A program made the position numbers and the translations under genes. Positions 37,796 through 52,129 of a DNA stretch of 64,000 nucleotides are shown here, piece after piece. Source of the DNA: Octopus vulgaris (lineage: Eukaryota). The notes below the pieces were generated by a model, which was not told where the DNA came from, ran no database searches, and saw only the letters and a list, made by a program, of their open reading frames with translations. The stretch is taken from positions 108,128,001 to 108,192,000 of the forward strand of contig OX597816.1 in assembly GCA_951406725.2 (NCBI GenBank), given 5' to 3'. The stretch's first letter is position 1, and each line of letters begins with the position of its first letter.

Positions 37796-38099
37796 CAACA
37801 CACACATTTGTTTTAGTCACTATACCTTTGCTCCCAATATCTTTCATGCCAGGTGGCAATAATCAAACGGAAGTATCTCTTAGAAAGAATTCCGACTCAG
37901 ACGGAAGTTAAAACACTAATGAGATGTCATGTTGCGGACTTTCTGCTGGCTGCGTCAGGTGTTGCTACTTGCAGGTTTCCGGAGCGGTGGCTATGTACTT
38001 TAAGTATCTAAATCCAAAGGGAATATTCTATAGTAACTGTGTGAAGAATATTTATTTGACGATGGTTCTTAATAATTAATCCCTTATTTTTTCATAGTT

Positions 38100-39700
38100 A
38101 TCTGCCACCTTAGTTAATATGTTGTCGCATAAAGCCCTGGAGCGACGATTGACTTTCTTGTATTACGGAAATGTTTCATGATTGTAATTCTCTGTTGTTG
38201 GTATGTGAACCATTTAAGGCGGCGAGCTGGCAGAAACATTAGCACGCCGGGCGAAATGCTTAGCGGTATTTTGTCTGCCGCTACGCTCTGAGTTCAAATT
38301 CCGCCGTGGTCGACTTTGCCTTTCATCCTTTCAGGGTCGATTAAATAAGTACCAGTTACGCACTGGGGTAGATATAATCGACTTAATCCGTTTGTCTGTC
38401 CTTATTTGTTCTCTCTGTGTTTAGCCACTTGTGGGTAGTAAAGAAATAGGTATCTGAGCCATTTATTAACCCGAACTAAAGTTCTTAGAATTTAGAATTT
38501 ACTTGCGAAAAATGCTATCAAATGTATTTTTGTAATCAGTCCATGAGAAACTTAGATCCATAGTGTCCCTTTAAAGTTTTGCTGATTTATAAACAGTCAT
38601 ATATGCAAGTGCTCTATTCCATGTGTTCTTCTGAAAGCTTCCTGTTGATCATCGATCATCCACGCTACTGCACTTAGAAATTTGTATACTTTAAGAAGGC
38701 GGGTTATGTTTTATTTTCGCTGTTACTCTTGATTTGTCAGTATTATTGAATATTTACAAACAGCATAAGTTGATCTGTTAAATATTTTCACCAGAAGTTT
38801 AACACTTTGTTACTTTCTGATGGTTACTGATTATTCATTTTGTGTAGTCTCAGAGCTTTATATGTTAATGTTGTTATTTTATCCCACCATTGTTCATGTG
38901 ATACGCTTTATGTTGTCTTAAACATACTCGTCCGTGATGATCACATTGCTGTTCATATTCTTCAACCTCTCCAAATATTTACTTCTTTTGCTAGTGTCAC
39001 TGCTTTGAGTTCCTTTTGTTTAAGCTTAGTTCTTAGTGAAATCGTTTGGGGTGGATATCCAACTATTTGTTTTGTTCACAAAATCGTTGTTGCCTTTCAT
39101 GGAATTTTTTAGATGTTCTCTATGTTCGGTTATTTCTTATATTGTTATATTGTATTTGTCTAGCTTTTTCCCTCTTTTGTAGCTTTTCGTTGCTGCTTTC
39201 ATTAAGAATTAAGAGGTCCTTTATATTATTTTCTATGGTTTTCTTTCTCTTTATTTCCCACGTTGTTTGCTTGGGTTTAGATGTTCCTCTGTGAGTACTT
39301 TTCAGGAAGTATTCACTTTGTTTTGTGAATACTGTGTCTGCTGGTTATATTACTTGTTTATTTGATTTGTTGTATTCATATTAAGCTTCGTATCTGTCTT
39401 TACTGAGTCTACAATGGCCAACTTAAAATATTTTTTAATTGTTGTTGCTATTTCATCATTGTTCTATCTTGGGAGGTGTCTTTTGCTGGTCTATCGGAAG
39501 CTCTATCGATTTTAGCTGTATAACTAATTTCTTCTTTAGATTATTATCATATTTGAAATTTCCATCTTTAGATTTTCAACCTATTTTAAATATTTTTTTC
39601 TCATATTCACTTGTGCTCATATTTTTGCATAGTTCTTGTCCGTCTTTTGTTGCTTAGCATCCTTTAAGGATGTTAGAATTTGATTTTGTTATGATTCATT
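38100..39700 (-). pseudogene. Highly decayed Dong/R4-like RT region, interrupted by a SINE
   Basis: Minus strand near 38510-38570 reads LSFSWTDYKNTFDSI, similar to LSMAWIDYRKAYDSV of the intact copy. Boundaries are uncertain. Confidence 0.45.
38217..38449 (+). mobile_element. Family B SINE (young tail) with TSD
   Basis: Full length. TSD GTATGTGAACCATTTA (38201-38216) and GTATCTGAGCCATTTA (38450-38465). Confidence 0.9.
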
Positions 39701-39839
39701 ATTTTTGTTTTTTATTTTTTAGTTTATATTGTAAAAATAATTACTTCAAGTTGTAATCTTTAACACCTGAAGAAAAAATTATCAGCATGAATGGTCAATA
39801 TAAACTATGCAGCGTCGAAATTTTTAACAATAATAGTTT

Positions 39840-39886
39840 CGTTATTATTATTACTATTATTATTATTGTTATTATTATTATCATCA

Positions 39887-39917
<31 letters not shown>

Positions 39918-39921
39918 CATT

Positions 39922-39953
<32 letters not shown>

Positions 39954-40147
39954 AATTATTGTTTTTGTTTTTCTTGTTGTTGTTGTTGCTGCTACTGTTG
40001 CTGATGTTGTTCCTAAGTATTATTTTCATCACGTATTTTCCCTGCACTACTGAGCGCAGCCCTGTGTGGTCTGGGTTTGTTGTGGTATTTTTATTTTCAC
40101 TGTATTGAAAGTGCTTTACTAGGATGTACGCGGTGCCAAGTAGTGCT
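39840..40147 (-). mobile_element. Dong/R4-like 3' end with AAT/GAT/AAC tail
   Basis: Minus strand reads ALLGTAYIL then KALSI, a short UTR and a trinucleotide tail. Confidence 0.6.
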
Positions 40148-40148
40148 C

Positions 40149-40552
40149 ATTATTATTATTATTGAGTGAGAGAGCAGTGCATGCCATCAAAGTGACATTG
40201 GGGTAAGATATACGAAGCCCAATATACCCATCATGACTACCCGTCTGATAAGGGTACACCAGGCATATGCATCACAACCATGTGTGCGCGACATGGTGAT
40301 CTCATATCAAAATAAACAGCACATGACCTTGCAGGTGGGGCCCAGTTAGAATTTTATTCAGGTCGAGTAACCCATCCCACTCGAAAGGTTCCTGAATAAG
40401 GGTTGTTTAAGGATGTTGAACGAAACACCTATGTTTCCAGAGGTGAATTATTCAAACCCCAAAAATCCCTCATCATGGCTATGATGCTCCCCCACTACTT
40501 CTGCTCGTGATCAGAGATGAACATATCGTCAGCCACTAAGGGACATGCTCAT
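40149..40552 (-). mobile_element. Family C (TAA)n-tailed retroposon, longest copy
   Basis: Reverse complement of 4875-5200 with extra 5' sequence. Flanked by TAA/TAT arrays. Confidence 0.8.
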
Positions 40553-40582
40553 ATTATTATAATAATAATAATAATAATAATA

Positions 40583-40641
<59 letters not shown>

Positions 40642-40665
40642 TATTACTATTGTTGTTGTTATACA

Positions 40666-40830
40666 AGCGGTGAGCTGGCAGAATCGTTAGCACGCCACAA
40701 TAAATACTTATCGGTATTTCCTTCGTTCTTACGTTCTGAGTTCAAATTCCGCTGAGATCGACTTTGCCATTCATCCTTTGTGGGGTCAATAAAATCAGCT
40801 ACTTACTGTGTACTGGGTTCAATGTTATCA
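40666..40830 (+). mobile_element. Family B SINE
   Basis: GCGGTGAGCTGGCAGAATCGTTAG...GAGTTCAAATTCCGC...ACTTTGCCATTCATCC. Confidence 0.75.
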
Positions 40831-41382
40831 ACTAACGCTTCCTTAAAAACAGAACCGGTATAATTTTCGCTTGAGATCAAACTAACTCATCAACCTCGAG
40901 TTTCAATGAATCTTTTTGTATGATCCTTGCTATTCCAATTAAATACCATTCTACAGATACTCCATGCTACTTTTGAATTTCAACCTATCTCACCAGGATT
41001 TCAGTTACCTTTCTGTTTGTCTAATGTCTTACTGTATCACCTTCGCTTTTGGGGATTGTTTCATTCTGCGATAAGTGTCTTGAAACCTTTTCAATTGGTA
41101 TTGGACAGGTGTTATAGTCTGTTCTTCTGGCTACTTTTCTTTGTGTTACCATTTTTCCACCTCACCACAAATTCCAAATATTTTCGTAATAGGTAAGCTT
41201 ACGTCGCCTCCACAATGGATCTTTGTCCCTTTTTTTTTCGTGCTTACTATGCAAGAAGAAGGTTCTGCAAATGCGATAACAAGGAAGAGGAATATAATTT
41301 GACATAAGCCTTCATTTAACAAGAATGTAATCCCCAACACGGAAAATTTCTATCTCTAGTAACACATTTTGCACATATAATA

Positions 41383-41461
<79 letters not shown>

Positions 41462-43548
41462 GCAGGCTTAAGTCTGAGCAAGATTGTTTATGAAAGACCA
41501 GCAGTCACCCATGAATACTAACCTCTCCTTTCCTCTCCACGCCACTGATGTTATCGAATAGAAACGCATCATTTCTACAGATAAATGGACTGGAGCAACG
41601 TGAAATAAAGTGTCTTACTCAAGAGTACATCGAACTCACTACATCATGATCGTGAGTCCGACGCTCTAACCATTGAGCCATTCGCTGTCACTCACACAAC
41701 CGCACACACACACACACACACATGTTCAAGCACAACAAATAAGTACCCAGTAATCATTTACCTGACAGAGTGCCGAATATAGTTTTGTTTTTGTCTCTAA
41801 CTAGAACAGTGATCTGATAGAAATAGCAGACTAATTACACTCTCGCTTTTACCAAAAAGGGAGAGCACATTAGATAATGTACTTTATGATACATTATGTC
41901 TAAGAATAAGGGTCGGATGATCACGGGCGAAGTGTTCAAGATCATATGCCTTTTGTTGACCAAAAATCTGTACCAAGCGTTAGGAGTCTAACTAGCATCA
42001 AATATCTTTATTCTAATTCCTGACCCGCCTTATCTAATGCCATTCGACCGATTCGTTTGTCTTTCAATACACCTCTTTATTTTCCAAATAATGCCTGATC
42101 GAGCGTCCGTGTGTGACAAAAATTTTAGGAAACTCTGAGGAACAAATGAGTGATTCACAAACTGAGTCGTAATTTCTGCCCAATCAAAACTAACCTGGAG
42201 CCAAATAAAATTTAGACAGCTATGTCTCTTAATATTACCTTCCTGATATTTTACAAAAGTATTTCCTGCAATTTCAGTTTCACTTATTCCTCTCCTCTGA
42301 TTAATAATCTGTAACAATTCTAGCAACAACTGCCCACTAACGCGGTCGTTGCTTGGTCTGCAAAGCGCAATTAAATTTCCTTTACCGTTATATACAGAAG
42401 AAGAATTTAGAAAATATAGTCCCTAGTAAAAAATAATTTTAGATAGTAGTGGCTGGAACGTATTTGGCTTAACAGAACTGTGTTATCAGGGCTATTCGGG
42501 GCTAAACAATATCTGCAATAAACTGAAACTTCATCCAGTTATCTCTGTCTATGAACCAGTTAGATATGATTACCGTGTTTCTTTATCGAAGTAATGAAAA
42601 ATATAAAGAGTGAAGAAAAAAAGAAGAAAATAGATTATCAGTCAGCGTTTAATCTCAGATTATTTTGGCCTATTTTCATATTTCCTACTACTGTTCACTT
42701 GAAAACTTGACACCTTTCAAATTAATATTTTGGTAATTAGCCAACCAATGATATTGGTTAGAACATAGGAGGGACATTAAAGTCTCTAAGAACTGACATC
42801 CAATAATCATCACAATTTATTGCTTATTAAACGAATAAAATCTTATTAATTCAATGGATGAGAAACTAGTAATAATATCTTTTTTTAAAGTTACGCCTCT
42901 CCAAACTGGCTTATTTCCGAGCGATGATAATTAACATGTTTAATAAATGTGGGTAACAAACTTAAGAAAGGAGCTAACAATAAAATGTTCATAACTTGTA
43001 TCTAAGTTTCCGGATGGTATGCTATCTACCAGGCTCATTGAATTAGAAAATACTCCAAATATATGCGATTAGCAGAAGCCGACTTCTGTCCCAGATGAGA
43101 AGAGAAATAGCATAAAGAGGAGCGAAGTACTACTAAGTGTAACCACGTTCCCGCGCACACACACACCATCCTTCAGTCAGGCTAGAAAAGACTGGACTTT
43201 TAAATTACAAGTACAACCAATCTGACAAGCTTCCGTACATTTTCTTTCTAACCAAATTTAGTTTAAAATTCATGGGCTGTTTTAAAAGAAACTTTTATAT
43301 ACAAGACACCAGAGATGCAAAGAGTCAGATCGAACCCGAAACCTGACGATAAAGAAGCAAACTTTTTACACATTCAGTTATACTGGGTCTATACCCGTGT
43401 CCTAAACCTATTACAGAAGACGCTGGGCATCATTTTACTTTTATTTTATTTTTTACTTCCAGGTAGATTGCTTGTTTGTGGTTTCTGTCTTCCTACTGAA
43501 ATTATCTGGGGGTTTTAGTCATCCGCATCTTTATACAGAAATATATTA

Positions 43549-43782
43549 CCTATTTCTTTACTGCCTACAAGGGGCTAAACATAGAGAGGACAAACAAGGA
43601 CAGACAAACGGATTAAGTCGATTATATCGACCCCAGTGTGTAACTGGTACTTATTTAATCGACCCCGAAAGGATGAAAGGCAAAGTCGACCTCAGCGGAA
43701 TTTGAACTCAGAACGTAGCGGCAGACGAAATACTTCTAAGCATTTCGCCCGGCGTTCTAACGTTTCTGCCAGCTCACCGCCT
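43549..43782 (-). mobile_element. Family B SINE (young tail) with perfect 21-bp TSD
   Basis: TSD TCTTTATACAGAAATATATTA at 43528-43548 and 43783-43803. Confidence 0.93.
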
Positions 43783-44017
43783 TCTTTATACAGAAATATA
43801 TTAACATCACCAGAACATACTCCACACGAATCTAGTTTATTTCATTCAAGTGACTTTCAATGAAGCATGAACATGTTAATGATTATTTTTTTATTATGTA
43901 AAGTGTGCTTGTTACAATGAAACTGATTATATATATTCATTGGTCATTAGCATTGCCTGACGAAAGAAAAGAAATGACGCGGACAGTGTAGACTGCCGGA
44001 TTTATAGAACAGAAGAC

Positions 44018-44104
44018 TGCATATATTAATTCTAAATATTGCATACATTAATTCTAAGTTTTGCATATATTTATTCTAAATATTGCACGCACTAATTCTA
44101 AATA
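44018..44104. repeat. About 22-bp minisatellite, four degenerate units
   Basis: TGCATATATTAATTCTAAATAT and variants. Confidence 0.8.
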
Positions 44105-44249
44105 GTTTTGAATGATAAAAGCATGCTGTGACCATTTCACCTTTACAAATATATCTTTGGCCTCAGAAATATAGAAGTGGATTAATTTAAACAATTATAA
44201 ACTTCTCTCACAAAACTTGGTCTTCTATCGAATTATGAGTGGAGTAAAA

Positions 44250-44900
44250 ATCCTTTCTACTGCAGATAAAAGGCTTGAAACTTCTGGAGAGGGCGCTAGT
44301 CGGTTTCATTGACCCCAGTGCTCAACCGGTACTTATTTTATCCACCTTGAAAGGATAGAAAGAAAATTCGACCTTGGCGGAATTTGAACTCAGAACATAA
44401 AGACAGAGGGGTAGCTAAGATTTCTTATAATGTTGTTTTTTTATCTGACATTCACAGTGCTGCCAGCTGACTACCTTTATGTTGATGGAGTAATAATAGC
44501 CATAAAAACGAGTTAAAGAAAGAGCGAAATGATGCATTATTTTGTGAAATGTAATTACATCACATTACGTTTTAAGTTCAAATGCTATCGAGGTTAATTT
44601 TGTCTTTCAAATGGTACTTACTTTATCGACTGCGAAAGGATGTAAAGTAAAGTCGACCTCATCGGAATTTGAACTCAGAACGTAAAGCTGGAAGAAATGC
44701 CGCCAAGAATTTTGTCCGGAGTGGTAGCGATTCTGTCAGCTCACCGCCCTACTTGATTCTGTTTAATTAGTAAAAAATTTATTATTATAGATGTCGAATT
44801 TAGTGAATTGTAAGATTCGCTCGCGCATTGGACAAAAATACATTGCCTTTCATCCATACGGAGTCGATAAAAACAAAGTACCAGACAAGTACGGGTGTCT
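44250..44900. mobile_element. Cluster of degenerate family B SINE copies
   Basis: GGAATTTGAACTCAGAAC near 44380 and 44665 (minus copies); TTGCCTTTCATCC near 44843 (plus). Confidence 0.65.
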
Positions 44901-45165
44901 TGATTTACCCAATCCTACTATGTTTAAGCCTTGTATCTATATTAAGCACAAATATGGTAGCTGCCATTTTGCCACAGCATATTTTTTACTTTTGCTTTTC
45001 TTTGTCTCTATTTTTAATTGCTTAGTCAGAAGAGGAAGAGCAACGCCGGTAGATCCTTTACAGTACCTGAGACTGATGAGGGGAAGGGAGACATTTATCG
45101 TCATACTAGAGACCTAAATGATTGTATGCACAGTATGGGCTCCACTAAAGGCCCGACAAGACATA

Positions 45166-45197
<32 letters not shown>

Positions 45198-46524
45198 ATA
45201 TGAGAATCAGTAGAGAGTTTTAATACAAAACTTGGCTGTATTTATTTATCTTTCTTTACATTATAGCTTTTATGAGTTCCATACCAGTCTCGTACTGCAA
45301 TCAATGAATCATTGGCCTCCACCAAAATGAAGAATATATATGGCAACAAGCCATCATCATGTCTTTCTAATATAATAGTAACAATATTTCTTAACAGACT
45401 GTTTATACAAAGCAAATTAAATTGGAAAAGAACAGGAAAGCTAGAATTATACGGATAGATAACAAGAACTGGACGTATTTAAAAATATAGTAACTGTATA
45501 ATGACTTTACAAGAAAGACCGATGTCGAGATTTACGGATTCCAAGTTACTGAGGGCGGATGATACCAAATGATAATATATCGCATGTGCTTTTCCTCACG
45601 GGACTACTGTCTTTAAATTACACAGTACAGAGAATATTCCTTCAGGAAAATCATTCGCAGTTTGATTGCTTCAAGAAAAATGATAAACACCAATATTAGT
45701 CGATTTAAATAAACCCTACTGTATTTGATTAACGCTTATTTTATTCTCCCAAGGGGAATGAAAGACAAAGTTAATTTCTTCGAGACTTCTCCTTAGACCA
45801 TAAACCACAAGAAGTAAATACCGATGTTCTAATGATTCTGTCAACATATCACAAGACTATTGCTATTTCCAGTTTTATCGAAACATTTCCTCTTTAACGC
45901 TGACTTCAATACTCTTAAAATTGCATTATCAATGTAATAAGTTTACTTTAATAATCTCCATTTAATATTGTCGTATTTAATACTCTTAGGTTATTTCTTG
46001 AACTGTAACATTCAAAGTTATACTTTTCCGTTTAACCTTTGTTTCTCTTCCAAGTATCTCTTCTTTTATCTTTCTCTGTATTTCTTTACGTTTCACAGCA
46101 ACCCACGTACATATAATACTTTCTTTATTACAGTTGTTCCCTCTCACACACTTTCAATTACTAATCTTATCTATCTACTTACCTGTCTATCTGTCTCTCT
46201 ATCTATCTCTCTATTTATCTATAATCCCAAATTTTATTTAATTTGCTTTGCGGGAAGGACTGTTTTAACGAAGTCGCGTCTTGTCCCTACATTCGAAACG
46301 CAGAGTAGATAAAACAGGGGAAAACAGATGATGGGAATGTTCTTTATGTTGTATGTCTCGCTTCTCTATTTGTTTCTTTCGTTGTTCGAAAAAAGTTTGT
46401 TTTCTATGCTTTTGATTTTTATGTTCTCGTTTCTCATTTTGTACACATATTTTTAATGTCCCGTACGCATATATGCATGTATATATGTATATATATGTAG
46501 GCATGTACATGTATGTGCGTATAT

Positions 46525-46579
<55 letters not shown>

Positions 46580-46670
46580 TATTTATATCTATATATCTAT
46601 CTATCGATCGATTTATCGAGCCAACATATCCATCCACCCATTTGTCTCTCTCTATCTATCAATATAATAT

Positions 46671-46743
<73 letters not shown>

Positions 46744-46831
46744 GGACAGAGAGAGAAAGAAAGATCTATATGAGAGATATCTATATAAGTTTGCCAGCTA
46801 TCCATCTGTCTGACTGTCTGATCGTCTTCCT

Positions 46832-46877
<46 letters not shown>

Positions 46878-47499
46878 ACATATCTACCTTTCTGTCTATC
46901 TTTTCATACGCGTATGCCAGAGTTATTCATATGCATTTGAATAAACATTTTTCGACCACGTTTAGTTTGAAGTATATAATCACATATGTGTTGGATGAGA
47001 GTTTAATAAGTTAAAATGTTCAGTTACGATATGTGTCTACATGATTATTTTGAAAGAAAGTTAATGAACGAAAACAATTTCACCAAATTCAAAAGCAACT
47101 ATATGTGACAATTGTCTATAAGCGCTGGGGACAATGTTATTTTTGTCGACCGAATTTATCGAATGGTTATGCCAGCTAGTTTTGAATGAAGGAAGTAGTT
47201 AAATAGCAGTTTATATATAAATATTTATAATAAGATATACATGTATAACCTGAACTTGTAATTTCGATAGAGTAACTGCAGATTTATCATGCATGCATGC
47301 ATGCATGCATGTATGTATGTATGTATGTATGCATGCATGCATGCATGTATGTATGTATGTATTTATGTATGTATGTATTCATGTATGTATGCATGCATGT
47401 ATGTATGTATGTATGTACGTATGTGTGTATGTACGTGCAGATTTGTATGTTTTATGTATGTACCCTCATGCATATAGTTGCATATCTTGACATACTAAT

Positions 47500-48280
47500 A
47501 TATATTGAAATGATAAACTTCTGGAAAGTTTTACAGATTTTTACAATTCCAGTGATGGATTGTATCTGTAGTCTTCGAATTAGTTTTCTCTCTTCTGGTT
47601 TTCAGAAGCCTAATTTCTCAAGATTGCTATTTAGGTAGTGTGTTACATATCTCAAGGCCCCAATAATTTCAGGTATAAACATGAACTTGTAATCTGAATA
47701 GTGTAACTTCAGATTTCTCAATAGTTCAGCATAGGTGTTCTCTTTTTCACTGATCTTCTGCTTTATGTTAGCATCCGCTGGGCAGCTAATTTCGACAAAT
47801 GTGCACAGTTTCTCTTCCCTATCCCAACTCATTATAACAGGTCTGTTGTGCTTACATTTTATTGAGGTCTTCACTGGTACAAAACCCAGTATTCCTTTTC
47901 ATTATGAGTGGCTATGGTTTCTACCATATTGTGGGTTCTTATTTCTTTGTCCTCGGGATTATCCTTCCGACGGATTTCATTATAGAGTGTCTTAGCTACA
48001 ACGACATGTCTCATTGATGATATCTTCAGTGTGAACTCCACAAAGTCTACATCGGTTGTCACATTTTACGGCTTTTCCTACATCTCTATCCCTTTTGTGC
48101 ATCAGGTACTTTGTTGATATTTCCTGATCGTGGATTGCAAACGCATTACCTTCAAAGTGGGAGGTAGTGATCCGACTATTGGTCCATGATAAACTGCTTT
48201 GATAATCGATGTTACTACCATTAGTGAGCTTTCTACAAACATATCCATGCATTGTCTTCTGCTCATACAAGCTCATTCTT
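47500..48280 (-). pseudogene. Decayed RLE-type (R4/Dong-like) element, CCHC/endonuclease end
   Basis: MHGYV, SHFEGNAFAIHDQEISTKYL, CRLCGVHTEDI, HNRPVI, VEISCPAD, FIPEIIGAL. Confidence 0.8.
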
Positions 48281-48480
48281 TTATCTTATGATACTTTGCA
48301 TATGTGTCTATGTATGTATCGGCACATGGCTTGGCAGGATTAAGCAGTTCACTCCTCAATAATCTCATTTCGAATTCAGCAACACACCAGTACTACGCAT
48401 CACCATGATGACAAACGCCCTTTGAGCGAATTTGATTGAAGGAAAATATGTGTAAGCCCGTCACATATGTATGTGTGTGC

Positions 48481-48724
48481 GAGCTGGCAGACACGGCGGC
48501 GAGCTGGCAGACACGTTAGCGCGCCGGGCGAAATGCTTAGCGGTATTTCGTCTGTCGTTACGTTTTGAGTTCAAATTCCGCTGAGGTCAACTTTGCCTTT
48601 CATCCTTTCGGGGTCGATAAATTAAGTACCAGTTTCGCACTGGGGGCGATATAATCGACTCAATCCCTTCGTCTGTCCTTGTTTGTCCCTTCTATGTTTA
48701 GCCCCTTGTGGGCAGTAAAGAAAT
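48481..48724 (+). mobile_element. Family B SINE (young tail) with 16-bp TSD and duplicated head
   Basis: TSD ATATGTATGTGTGTGC at 48465-48480 and 48725-48740. GAGCTGGCAGACACG occurs twice at the 5' end. Confidence 0.9.
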
Positions 48725-48799
48725 ATATGTATGTGTGTGCACGTGATGTGTGTGTGTGTGGGGGGGTGTCTGTGTCTCTGTTTGTTGATAGATATACAT

Positions 48800-48997
48800 G
48801 CCACCATGATAGATCGCTAACCGCTACACATTCATTATTTCTCTCCTTGGCTCTTTCTGTCTTCTTTTCTGTGGAAGAGCGTAGGCTGGAAACGTTAAAT
48901 ATTTTTTTTACTTCCCGAGCGTTATACAAATACATCTCTTTGTTGTCTACACCACCTGTCTTCGTCTTTTTTTTTTTTTTTTGGCGAATTCTCCCTA
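48800..48997 (+). mobile_element. Putative PLE pseudo-LTR with degenerate minimal hammerhead motif (copy 1)
   Basis: CTGTGGAAGAGCGTAGGCTGGAAACGTT. Colinear with 52130-52330. Confidence 0.55.
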
Positions 48998-49329
48998 TAT
49001 GTGTATGTATATATATATGTCAAATTCCTTTAGTGTACGAACAACATAGACAACTTGTTGGTCAGCAGAAAATACTTATATTTCAAAAGTTAGCAAACTA
49101 AATTGTAATGTTTCACCTGAAGAAAAACAATTTGCGGAATTTTCTGAATACAAATGTACAAATGGTGTCGAGATTTGTACTTATCTCCAGGCGAAACATC
49201 TTTAAGATTTTAGTAAATTTTTATATAAAACTATACAAAACCACATACTTTCATGCATGTTTGCGCATGTACCGACACAAAAACGCATATGCACACACAC
49301 ACACGCACACACACACACACACATACATA

Positions 49330-49385
<56 letters not shown>

Positions 49386-49962
49386 CATGTATACATAAAT
49401 ATATACATATAATATTATATATATTGTATATATACATATATACATATATACATGTATACACATACACGCACGAACGCATACCTACTCGCACAAACACACA
49501 CACATACATTACATATACATATATAGAAACGTATATGGAAGTGTTATGACTTGTATAATAAGCTATAGTTGCAATTTTTCATGCCTTTCTCACACGAGTG
49601 TGAGCGCACCCATGTACACATGCAGATCTATCTGTATTTTCTGCCTTATGTGTCTATACCTTTCGATGCTTATGGTAAGTGCAACATTGGACAGTTGCAG
49701 CAGCTAAAGATTTAACCATATTCTCACAATGCAATCAAAAACTGAAGAATACTAGGATTAGAAGAATCACGTAAAAGCGTCTTCAAAATAGTCGAGTATT
49801 TTTTAATATGCTCTTGATAATCCATACACATAACTTCGAGGTATTCTGGCTTATAAATCACTTTCTTTATGTCACTCTTCTCTTGCGGAGTGTATGTATC
49901 TATTTCTTTTTCTGTCCGTCTCTCTTCCTCTCTTTCACCATTCCTTCTGTTCTTTCTCCTCG

Positions 49963-50021
<59 letters not shown>

Positions 50022-50309
50022 TACACACACACACACACACACATTTCTCTATTTAATTAACGTGTTTCAGTGGAACAAAATTCAAGCTATGCTTATCTAT
50101 ATTTTACTTTATTTTGCAAGCTATGCTTATCGGGTTTTTTTGCAGGTTTCTACTGTTTGTGCGTTAATATAGACGTCTTGTGCGCCTCACTGTGAGTGCA
50201 TCTACATACGCATGAATGTGTATGTATTCACGCGTATGTAACCATATGTATCTATATATGTACGTGTACGTGTATATGTGTATGTAATTACGCATATGTA
50301 TCTGAGAAT

Positions 50310-50315
<6 letters not shown>

Positions 50316-50383
<68 letters not shown>

Positions 50384-50445
50384 ATGCATATATATATACA
50401 TACATACACACATATATATATTTATATATATATATATACATACAT

Positions 50446-50483
<38 letters not shown>

Positions 50484-50544
50484 ACACAGATATATATATA
50501 TATATATATATGTATACACACATACATACACACGTATATATATT

Positions 50545-50575
<31 letters not shown>

Positions 50576-50730
50576 ATACACACATATATATATTTATATA
50601 TATATATACACACATACACACACACATATATATTTATATATATATATATATATATACATTCACACACGCACTCATATATATATATATACACACATATATA
50701 TCTTTATATATATATATATGTGTGTGTGTG
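50316..50730. repeat. Compound TA/CA minisatellite
   Basis: Repeated CATACATACACACATATATATATTTATATATA-like units. Confidence 0.85.
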
Positions 50731-52129
50731 TAAAGATATAGACACACAGATGAATATATATTTATTGATATAGTATGTATGTGTAAATGTATATGTATAT
50801 ATATGCATATATCCATGTATATGTGATTTCTTCTATAGTAATTTATCGAGTAAGAGACAGAGAATGTTATAACTATTTGAAACCGCATCTTACTAAGTTC
50901 AGGGAATGATTTTATGTGAGTTATCTATCTGCTAGAAATATCAACTAAATCTCTATGAAATCAGATACTGCTATTTTAAAAATAGTTGAAAGTATCAACT
51001 AATGAATGTTGTCAGAACAAAAGACAGGGTGGTCTCAGTTAGAATGCTATGAATCGAGAATAATTTTAGGATAAGCTACAATATCAACATAACACGGTAA
51101 AAGTTTAGCTGTAATCGTTAAGCATTTGACTAAATAGCTGTTATTGTTGAGTTTCAAGCCATCCCCGATTCTGCAATGATAAAAGCCACTTACGTCGTGA
51201 CTACATCGCTACTCTTACTAGTATATTATCCAACGAGTTCTCGCTTTTTAAAGAAGTAAATTTACCTACTAATATTAGTAACTCGTATGACTATGTAACA
51301 GCTCTTTCATTGGCTCTTTTGTCCTTCACTGTTTGATAAAATAAGTACCAATTGTCTTAGAAAAGATATATTCAAATGTAGTCTCCTGCACCAAGTATGT
51401 GGCCATAATATGCACAAATCCTGGCCATTACAGAATAGCAAGAGATAAAACTTCAGCAATTTGACTTCAAAAGCTATTTTCCTTTCTCTTATAAAGAAAA
51501 TTCTTTCCACTTACGTATTGACGGTGTTCAGAAGTGGATGACTATCATTAAGTTCACCACATTCGCATTTATGTAATACAGATCATCGTACTGTCCTACA
51601 TATACTTACTGTTATCAAGGCTTTAATATGCTATCCGCTGCACTGTAACTGTTTATTTTTCCTTTTATTTTAAAGGAAATTCTTCACCATTGAGGTTTAA
51701 ATTATATGTTGGAAAATGTTTTACCCACTGCATTCACTGGCGCTCGGAGGCCATATTTTCTATTTTGATTAAATTCTATGATGATCAATCTGTTGAAGCT
51801 AGAAGTAATGTACTAAAATCTTGGCTTCCTAATACAACAGATTTGAAATTCTTCCAAGGATGACTTTTCCTTAATATCAATTTAATCATAAGCATTTTTG
51901 GATAGGATTATTTTCTTAAAGAAAGAAAAGTATTCTTTGAAATAATTTCATACTTGTTATTCCCAGGTCTGTCCTATTCGAGTTCACTTGTAATCAACGT
52001 CGTTTCAGTTAGGATCCACTAGTCTTCGTTCTTTAAGAGATGCGCACACGCAAACACATATTTACAAACATATAATTATATATGTAGACATTTATATGCA
52101 TCTATGTATAGATATACATACACAAATTA

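Noticed and set aside
38217-38305. tRNA genes at SINE heads (also 29760 and 60632)
   Set aside because: A and B boxes are present but there is no cloverleaf, and they continue into SINE bodies.
45070-45160. CTGATGAGGGG hammerhead 5' box
   Set aside because: No downstream GAAA box or closing stem II.
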